64,000 bases of DNA, taken from the human T2T-CHM13v2.0 reference genome, Homo sapiens. The stretch lies in the NCBI RefSeq assembly GCF_009914755.1, contig NC_060925.1; one strand, 5' to 3'. The notes beneath the pieces were generated by a model. The model had not been told where the DNA came from, made no database searches, and was given only the letters and a program-made list of their open reading frames with translations. Below, piece by piece: positions 55,139 through 64,000 of this stretch. The first letter of the stretch is position 1. Every line of letters begins with the position of its first letter. A program made the position numbers and the translations under genes.

Positions 55139-55567
55139 CATGAGGGTTAATTTTATGTGTCAACTTGCCTGTGTTAAGGGATGTCCAGTAAGGCAGCAAA
55201 ACATTACCTTCAGGTGTTCCTGTGAGGGTGTTTCAGGAAGAGATTAGAGTTTGAATCATTTGACTGAGTCAAGGAGATTGCCCTCAACAATGTGGAGGGT
55301 CTCATTCAACATATTGAGGGCCCAAATAGAAGAAGAAGGTAGAGCAAGGTTGAATACTCTCTCTTTGAGCTAGGACATCTATCTTCTCCTGCCCTAGGGC
55401 ATAGCATCAGCATTCCTGGTTATCGGACCTTTGGACTCACTTACACCATCATCACCTCCCAAAATACACCACCCACTCTCCTGATTCTCCATCTTGCAGA
55501 CAACAGATAGTGAGACTTTGCAGCCTCATAATCATATGAGCCGATTCCCATTATAAACTCTAATACA
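55139..55567 (+). mobile_element. MLT2B-like LTR
   Basis: ggttaattttatgtgtcaacttg...gtgagggtgtttcaggaagagattag...ctaataca. Confidence 0.85.
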
Positions 55568-56559
55568 CTGACATCAATTTTACAAATAAGTTCAAAAGCA
55601 TATGTATCAAGATGTATTAGCAGATCAAAGATCTGATATTGTCATCAATATTAAAAAGTACACTGAAAAATATCCTAAATACATGTAAAATACTCGGAGT
55701 AAAACTGGTCAAGGAGCAGCATTATTGGTGAAAGAAATTTGAGCATGTGGTTAAAGATAGTGATGAATATAAAAATAATATTATTCAGCAGAAGGGATCT
55801 TTAGAAAATTCACGTGATTAAAAAAATAAACCTTAACAGATGTTTAGCTACTAGAAATTTGAATGTTTGTTCGAACAATATCTTGTTTTATTTTTTAAAA
55901 TTCTCCATCTAAGGGTACTACACAGTGTTTACTACTCTGGGGATCTTGTGTAGGATACAAGATTAGGGAAACAAAGCCTCCTCTTAAAATGATATGCCAG
56001 TTTTCTGAGACTAACACAATGTCAATAAACTAAGTAAATAGAAGACAGTCAATTGGCTGTGCAGCCTTTCCCTTTACTGGTAAGATTATGTGTCAACCTC
56101 CTAATGGCTTTGAAGAATTTGTTTCTTTCTAGAGTTCAAATTACAACTCTAAATAGAGATGAAGCAATTCACTTCCCAGTGAAGAAAGAATTTGAATTAG
56201 ACAATAAAATAACAGATAACAGGACCATGTTCTAAATATAAAGTTTTATTTTACCAGGGTGAATCACTGACAGCATTCAAAAGGCCACAGGCAATGAAAC
56301 TTAGATTTGAGAAGTAATATACCTCATAGGAACAAATAAATAATATAAATGAAAAACAAACCCGAATGAAGTATGTATAATGGGAGATAGTAGAAAAGGG
56401 TTATTGGAAATAAAATTCATTTTGAAAAGATTTTCTCAAACCTGAAGAATGAATATAAAAGCTAAATTTTGTTTTTCAATTTCCAATGATAATTTACACA
56501 GTGGTTGATAACATATGATGATCTCATCCAAGCCCAACACTGTAAATATTATCCATAAT

Positions 56560-57400
56560 GCCAAAAAAATCTCAATTTTATTTCTTTGGCCTAGGTTTCC
56601 TTCTCTCTTGAACTCCAGTCTCACATATTATGTTACCCAACTTAAATTTTATTTAATATGTGATAAAAATCTTAAATTTAGTGTGTTCGAACAGAACTCC
56701 TGATTGTCTCTCTAAAAATTTATGCCTCTCATAGTCTTCTCCATCTCAGCAGATGGCATCTCCAGTCTTCCACTTGCTGAGGCCAAAAACCTTACCATCA
56801 TTGCGATTCTTCTCTTTTTCTCACATCCTACAGAATTTGGCCACTTTTCAACACCTCCATCACTACTACCCCTTTCCAGCCCATCTTTATTTCTCAAATT
56901 TTATAATAGATTCCTAACGGATTCTACTTGGGCTACTTCCAGCCTTGCCTCTCACCCCAACACTGTCTCTCCTCAACACAATGTCCAGAGTAAGTCTTTT
57001 ACTACATAAGTTACATCATAACACTCATCTGCTCAAAACCTCGATTGTCTCACATACCTACACATTCACACACACACACACACGTTGTGCACACAGTAAA
57101 AGACAAAGGCTTTACAATGGCCTGAAAGGTCCCAGATGCTCTGGCTTCTTTGTTTTTTCTCTATCTTGATCTCCTAGTACTCACTCCTTTGCAGACTTCA
57201 CTCAAGCCATACTGGCTTCCTTGACTTTCCTTTAAAAATTCAGGAAAGCTCCACCTTGGGAACTTGGTGGTAGCTGTTCCTACTTCCTAGGATGCTCTTT
57301 CTTCATGTATCATCATGACTAATTATTTAACCTTTTTCCAACTTTGACCAAATATCACCTAATCAATGACACCTATTCTTGCCACTACACTTAAAATTAA
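56560..57400 (+). mobile_element. L2 fragment
   Basis: tcttctccatctcagcagatggcatctccagtcttccacttgctgaggccaaaaacctt and later L2 blocks. Confidence 0.75.
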
Positions 57401-57748
57401 TTGTCTGTGCTTGGAGCATCATAATAAATCTGGAAAATAAAAACAATGTATTTAGAAATGTACACTATAGAGGAGAGCGAAAGAATATAAAAATAAAATA
57501 AGAGAATGTCTATAAGGGAATAAGTATTATGAGGATAGAAAAAAGCACCCAGGACTAAATTAGGTCTTTGACAAAAATCTGCACTTAACCATATGGTCCT
57601 CAAATTCCATTCTCCTCCCACCCTGATAGCTGTCACACTGATCTCCAGATCTGTCATTCCTTTGATTTCTTTTATATAATTTTATTCCATCTATATATCC
57701 TAAAAGTTTTAGTTATTTTAGTTGTATTTAACTTTATACATAGTTGTC

Positions 57749-58049
57749 AGCCAGGAACAGTGGCTCACGCCTGTAATCCCAGCACTTTGGGAGGCCAAGG
57801 TGGGTGGATCACTTGAAGTCAGAAGTTTGAGACCAATCTGGCCAACATGGCAAAACTCCATCTCTACTAAAAAATGCAAAAATTCCCTGGGTGTGGTGCT
57901 GCACGTCTGTAGTCCCAGCTACTCCAGAGGCTGAGGCAGGAGAATCACTTGAACTCAAGAGGTGAAGGTTGCAGTGAGCTGAGATCGTGCCACTGCACTC
58001 GAACCTGGGCGACAGAGGGAGACTCTGACTCAAGAAAAAAAAATAACAA
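57749..58049 (+). mobile_element. AluS inside an old L1M fragment
   Basis: Full dimer; TSD taactttataca(t/c)agt at 57729 and 58050. Confidence 0.94.
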
Positions 58050-58269
58050 TAACTTTATACACAGTGTCATAATGCATGTAATTTCAGACTTATTTTCACA
58101 TATGGTTATATTGCTAAAATATCATTGTCTGTCACTTTGCATGCTACCTTTTCACAAAATTCCAACTTTATTATCTCCTATTCTTATGGCCACACCTTCT
58201 AGAATTGATCTGAAATTTGATGCATTGAGCAATATCAAGCTAGTTGTCACAGATCTTTTTATCTCCTCA

Positions 58270-58317
58270 TGTCAGACACCTGACTTCAAGGGGTGTCAGA
58301 CACCTGACTTCAAGGGG
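58270..58317. repeat. Perfect 24-bp tandem duplication
   Basis: tgtcagacacctgacttcaagggg x2. Confidence 0.95.
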
Positions 58318-59149
58318 GCTGCCTATCTCCCATGGGTTCCCATTCCAAAAGAGTCTTCACAAAGCTACTGGAGCAGCTCTGATAATGTCTGTCTACTACC
58401 TGCAGACCTTTACTATAGCCCCAGTATACTATCCCAGAATCTACCCCCACCACCTACCACAACCCTCTTTGGAGTATAGCTACCAGAGACTTTAATTTGG
58501 AGTTGAAAGTAGTGGAAGCAGAAGAGAAGTTTTTGCTTCTTCAAGATGGATGGGGGAAAGCAGACCTGTGGCTAGTGAGAACAGTTTCCAGACGTATCTA
58601 CTTGGAAACCGAAAGGCTTTTTTCTTACTAAAATGGTATAATGGTGTTCTAGCTTCTCTTTAGTTCCTAAATATTTTTAGTACTATAAATCAGCTATATT
58701 ATTTTCTAGGAAATGTAGTCTGAGACCAAAATAACCTATTTACAAATGACCTTTGGAACAGAACATGTTTACAAGGTAGGGACTCTGAATAATGCATCCC
58801 AGAGCTAAATGCAAATAGTTTTTCATTATCTGTTGTTATGGATCATCTGCTTCATTGCTCCTCTTCATTAGCACAGATAATAGAGACCTAACTGAATTAT
58901 TGCTTTCAAGCACATCCATTACTTTTGTTCTGTACTATACAAGTTTCCTTCAGTCCTTAATATCATTTCTAGCTTGATGTTTTAGCTACTTGTTTTTTAA
59001 TTTAAAAATCCCCTATCTAAGTAGTGACCTCCATAATATGCCAATAAACTGACAAACTGAATAAATTTTGCCTCCTTTATTAAACAGACTTTTACCAAGA
59101 ACCCCCTCAGGGTGTATAATGTCAGGGACTTTGGGGCACATAGGAATAC

Positions 59150-59560
59150 AGGGTGCTTTCAATAAGTTTGTCAAATATGTATTGAAAACCTATTACAGAC
59201 AGGGCATTCTTGTGGGGGTTAGAGATACCTGCACTGATGATTCTTGCACGAATGGAGCTTACATTCAAGTGAGGGAAGATGACAATAAACGTTTTAGAGA
59301 GTAAGGTGTGCAATGTAGTATATAAAACTGGTCATGTGATAGTGAGGTAATGTAATTCATGAGGAGAGACTCTTTTAGGTACGGCAAGCAGAGAAGTCCT
59401 CTGTGAGGAAATGATATTTGAAATGCTGTCTGAATAGTGAGATGGCACCAACCATGGGGAGAACAGGGTAAAAGTGCTCCAGACAGAGAAGAACAAGTTT
59501 GAAGGCCCTGAGTTAGAAACAGGTTTGGCGTGCTCAAAGGAACAAAACATCAACCAGGGT
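59150..59560 (-). mobile_element. L2 3' fragment
   Basis: atggagcttacattcaagtgagggaag...ctgtgaggaaatgatatttga...gaaggccctgag. Confidence 0.75.
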
Positions 59561-59789
59561 CTTAAATATAGGGTCCCCTTTTTTAAAAAACTCCATCTTT
59601 AACTCTTGGTGAAGACTACAGTTGGCTATTAACAAAATAAACCTGAATATGAAAAATAAAGAGGTGATGGGCAAGATCCCAGATCCAAATAAGAGCAAGC
59701 AATGTGTGGATATAGAAAGGAAGAGATTATGTGGATGGGAATGTGCTTCCCAGACTTTAAAGATAACACATATTAGTTATTTGTATTGC

Positions 59790-60030
59790 TAAGAGAATAA
59801 TAACATTTACTGAACTTTTACTATGCACAAGCACTCTTCAAACAACCACAAGAAGCAACTCATTTAATCTTCTCTATGAGAAGATCCTATAACATTATAT
59901 ATTTTAGTATATGAGGGAATTTCAGCACAGAGAGGTTTAGGAACTTGTCCAAATTAAAATAGTACATGCTGACACTAGGATTCAAATCCATGCAGTCTGA
60001 CTCATCACTGTAGTTCATAATCCAGAACTT
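59790..60030 (-). mobile_element. MIR
   Basis: gcacagagaggtttaggaacttgtccaa...ggattcaaatccatgcagtctgact. Confidence 0.75.
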
Positions 60031-60031
60031 G

Positions 60032-60634
60032 AGTGGTGATCCTCTGCAAAAATGGTCACCAATTTTTCACTTCCCTATATGAATGCCTTTGTGTAATGTA
60101 ACTTGGAGCTGCTCCTGTGACTTGAAGTATGCCCCATGAGATGGAGAAGTAACTCCATCTCATGCAGTTAATTTCTCCACCCTATGAATCAGGATTTGAC
60201 CACGTGACTCGCTTTGGCCAATGAGACATTATCAGGCGTGATGCAAGAAGAAGCTCAAACAGTGCTTATACATTGGGAACTGCCCTCTGTTGGCTGCACA
60301 TGAAAACACTGTGACTACAATAATGTGAGCAAGCTTGGATTAGCCTGCTAGACGATGAGTGGGATATGCGTACTTAACTCCATTATCACTGGTAACAACC
60401 ACTGCACCATCAGACATATAAGCAATAGAAAAACCTATTTCTATTTTCAGTTGCTAGCTGATCACAAATGTAAGAGCGAACCCAGCCAACACTGCATGCG
60501 ACATAGATAAGCCAAACCAGTGAAGCTAAGCCAAAGTTGCTGATCCACAGAATTGTAAGCAAATAAACTGTTGTCATAGCATAATACTGAGTTTTGGAAT
60601 AGTTTGTCATACATTAAAAATTAACTGACATACA
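60032..60634 (+). mobile_element. MLT1 (G/H-like) LTR
   Basis: aaatggtcaccaatt...ccacgtgactcgctttggccaatgaga...ccacagaattgtaagcaaataaa...taactgacataca. Confidence 0.8.
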
Positions 60635-62390
60635 GGTTGAAGTAAAATGACTGCTACTTCATATCTGAAGATATTGATCAATTACTCTGCCTTCCTTGTT
60701 ATGTATAAAGATGCTGTTAGTCTATCTTCAAGCAAAATAAACAGAGGGAACTAATCAAAATGTGCTGTCTTCATAATTGTTCGTGGGGCCAATAACTTTG
60801 TCTTAACAAACTTATTCCTAAAGACCAAAACACTTGATAAAGCATAGCCTTAGTGGAAGTATACTTTTGGTCAACCTCATCTGCCATTTTTTTTTTCTAA
60901 TATAGCACAGTGAGAATACTGACAGTGAGTAGCATGACTGGTGTCACCATTAATGCTTGGGTGATTTCATAAAGGTTATTGTATTTTTTTTTGTAAAGTT
61001 CAGCATGCACATCTTTTGACCAAAGAAAATATGACTTTAATAATGGCCAAGAAAGGATGCTCGACAGTGAAAGTATGTCAGCCACCTCTGACAGAAAAAT
61101 AAAAGAAGAAATATAATATGTTGCTCATTGCATAAATTAAGCAAGTGTTTTCTAACAAGGTCAGCAAAATCAGTTATTACCTTCTCCAGAATATTTGCTT
61201 ACCTGTTTACATCTACCAACCCTTGTTTGGCCTGCCAGGAGTTGTACCGATATTTTTCTCATAAATTTAAGGATACAGAGTTAACACCCCAAACAACTAA
61301 TGTCAGTCAGTATTCATGGAAATGAAGTTTAAATTTATTACAATTGAATATGTCCTGATTCCACAATGTTCGCATGATTATATGGCATATTCCTAAGATT
61401 CAGGGAAAGATGACAGTTACTGTGGTAGGCATTTTCAGCAGGAATTGTGAATACAATAAGGACAAGATAGAATAAGTGGGATCCAAAAGAGTCAATTTCA
61501 TAAACTATGAGAAAACATTGTTATTAGGTTGACACAGAACATTTTTTAGACATCCCTAATGCCACCAAAAGTTCAAGGGTAAAGAAAGTGAAAAGTACCA
61601 TACCCAATTGATGTGGAACTGAGAAATCAAATTATCTTAAGGTAGTTACTTCCTAACCACTCACAACAACTCCTTGTTGAGGATAAAAAAATTCAACCTG
61701 CTTCATACACAAATGAGATCGGGCAGAGAATGTGAGCCAAGAATACTATGTTTTCATCAATATGGGACATATTGTTGTATCATTTGTTTTAGCACTCATT
61801 ATACAAGTCTCTGATGTATTTTTTCAGAAGATTCACTTACGCTAAAGTTGAATGCTTGAACTATATTGCATTCCCTCACAAACACCTGATACACATTATA
61901 TCAATTTATGCTATGTGGGTGTATCATGTCTGCTTACTAAATATGTTTCTGTTACACATGACGCATGGCACTGGAAAACTTATTCACAATGAAACTCTTC
62001 CTCATCTACAGCAATAAACATTTAAGGCAATATCAATTTTAATAGCCAAAACTTTTAGTTTTTATCTTATTATTAGAACAATATAACTACGTAAAATGTT
62101 TAACAGATTTCCCATATTTTCTTTGAGGAAACAATTCACTGACGAAACAGAGAAAGAGTCCTTATATTTGGTTTTAGTCAGCATACCATCTCACTCTAAA
62201 ACTATTTGTCTCTACATAATTGTTTTTAATGTTTTTATGATTCTCAGCGTAGCCTGTGACAAACACATTCATGAATAATTAATAGGGCAATGACACTCTC
62301 TACCTCTGTATGGACAAGTCCTGTAAAATCTGTGTTAGACAGAGGGAACTATTCTGACCCAGCTGATATTTTCTTTCTACGCTACATTCT

Positions 62391-62885
62391 TTTTTTTTCT
62401 TTTTTTGCCATTTAAATATTTATTATTATTATTTTTTAATTATACTTTAAGTTCTGGGATACATGTGCAGAACGTGCAGGTTTGTTACATAGGTATACAA
62501 GTGCCATGGTGGTTGGCTGCACCCATCAACCTGTCACCTACATTAGGTATTTCTCCTAATGCTATCCTCCACAACAGGCCCCAGTGTGTGATGTTCCCCT
62601 CCCTGTGTCCATGTGTTTTCATTGTTCATCTCCCACTTATGAGTGAGAACATGCAGTGTCTGGTTTTCTGTTCCTGAGTTAGTTTGCTGAGAATGATGGT
62701 TTCCAGCTTCATCCATGTCCCTGCAAAGGACATGAACTCATCCTTTTTTATGGCTGCATAATATTCCATGGTGTATATGGTAACATTTTCTTTAACCAGT
62801 CTATCACTGATGGGCATTTGGGTTGGTTCCAAGTCTTTGCTATTGTGAATAATGCTGCAGTAAACATACGTGTGCATGTGTCTAT
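62391..62885 (-). mobile_element. 5'-truncated L1PA (L1PA7-like) with a double poly(A) tail
   Basis: ttatactttaagttctgggatacatgtgcagaacgtgcagg 3' end; ORF 62626-62877 matches the ORF2p C-terminus (YTMEYYAAIKKDEFMSFAGTWMKLETIILSKL); TSD tcta(c/t)gctacattct. Confidence 0.95.
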
Positions 62886-63744
62886 GCTACATTCTAAGGA
62901 CTCATCAGTGTCACAAAAGGAGTGAAGCATTTTTTGTTGTTCACAACTTCCATGTGCAATAATAAAAATAATACTTAAATAGTTTCACAACAGGCTTTCT
63001 TCAATTTGTCTGATTTGCTTTTCTTGATAAATTTCCCTCCTCCATTCTCTAGCACCAGTTTACTGATGAGGAGACTGAGGTTACACAGAGCACGACATAT
63101 TTTTCAGTGGCTGCGAGCGTACTAGTATCTGTGACTTCCAATCTTTCTAAGATAGCAGTATGTAATTTTCCAACCAATAGTTTCATGGAGACAGGCAGAA
63201 TGAGTACATGTATTTCTGGACTTGCTCTATTTAAAAAGCCTCGTTTTTACATGTTTATATACTCAGGTTTTGTGTAAGACTGTATTCTACATATAAATAA
63301 TACGCCACTAAAAAAATACATAAAGACAGTGACATCATTATGCTACAATATACGATATACTGACTTCATTACTATTTTCTGATTTTATGGATAATAATGA
63401 AGATTATATTAATGCAGATGAAGTTAAGACATCAGGAACAGAAATGGATGGCTGTCATGTTCAAAGTAAATTAGACTAAAAATAAATCTCAAAATGGTAA
63501 AAATATTACTTGCAGTCATTGTATTCTACCTGGTATGTCAATTTTTTGGTTTTTGGTGTTATTATTTTGCCAATAGAAAACATATGTTGACACCATTGTT
63601 TACTAGCTTGTAAAGAAAAAGTTGAAACTGTTGGTACAATTCAAAAAACTTTCAAAATGAAAATAGAGGAAAAACTATTTTTTAGTTTTGATTACTAATA
63701 AATTCTAAATATTTCTCCTCAATAGCTCACGTTTTCTATGTGTA

Positions 63745-64000
63745 CAATAGTTCCCTCTTCTCACAGGTTTTGCTTTCTGTGGTCTCTGTTACCAGTGGCC
63801 AACAGTAGTCCAAAAATATTAAATGGAAAATTCCAGAAATAAGCTATGTAAAAGTTTTAGATTGTGCACTGCTCTGAGTAGCTTGAGGAAATCTCCTACT
63901 GTCCTGCTCTGCCTCACCGGGGACATGAATCATCCCTTTGTTGCATACCCTACTCACCTGTTAGTCATTTATGAGCCATCTCATTTTTCAGATAGATGGT
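63745..64000 (+). mobile_element. MER44 (Tigger7-derived) DNA transposon, runs off the window
   Basis: TA target then caatagttccctc...aaaaatattaaatggaaaattccagaaataa...gggacatgaatcatccctttgt. Confidence 0.85.

Noticed and set aside
57949-58479. Longest ORF in the track (176 aa)
   Set aside because: It starts inside an Alu at a non-ATG codon and runs through L1 remnants and a 24-bp duplication (CQTPDFKG x2). Chance ORF.

Overview
AT-rich, CpG-poor primate (human-like) non-coding DNA. I find no credible protein-coding gene, RNA gene, CpG island or CRISPR array. The supplied ORFs are chance ORFs or fall in Alu, L1, LTR or microsatellite sequence. Much of the window is interspersed repeat: nine Alus, several L1 fragments (including an L1PB-like copy that keeps both ends but lacks most of its interior), L2 and MIR relics, MaLR/ERVL LTRs (THE1, MLT1, MLT2, LTR16, LTR18), ERV1 elements (LTR8-like solo LTR, a deleted MER4A1 provirus) and DNA transposons (MER5A, MER44). 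Outside repeats, the strongest signal is three + strand segments at 25.5, 28.8 and 32.9 kb, each with a splice acceptor and a poly(A) signal. They look like alternative last exons of a probably non-coding transcript that starts upstream. A near-consensus CTCF motif and inverted Alu pairs lie beside them. There are also several young tandem duplications, an L1 with a mini 3' transduction, and a few motif-dense candidate enhancers. I could not name the locus, and I see no evidence for a new multi-gene system. Repeat subfamily names come from recalled consensus sequences. Boundaries of old repeats (L2, MIR, MLT, L1M) are approximate.
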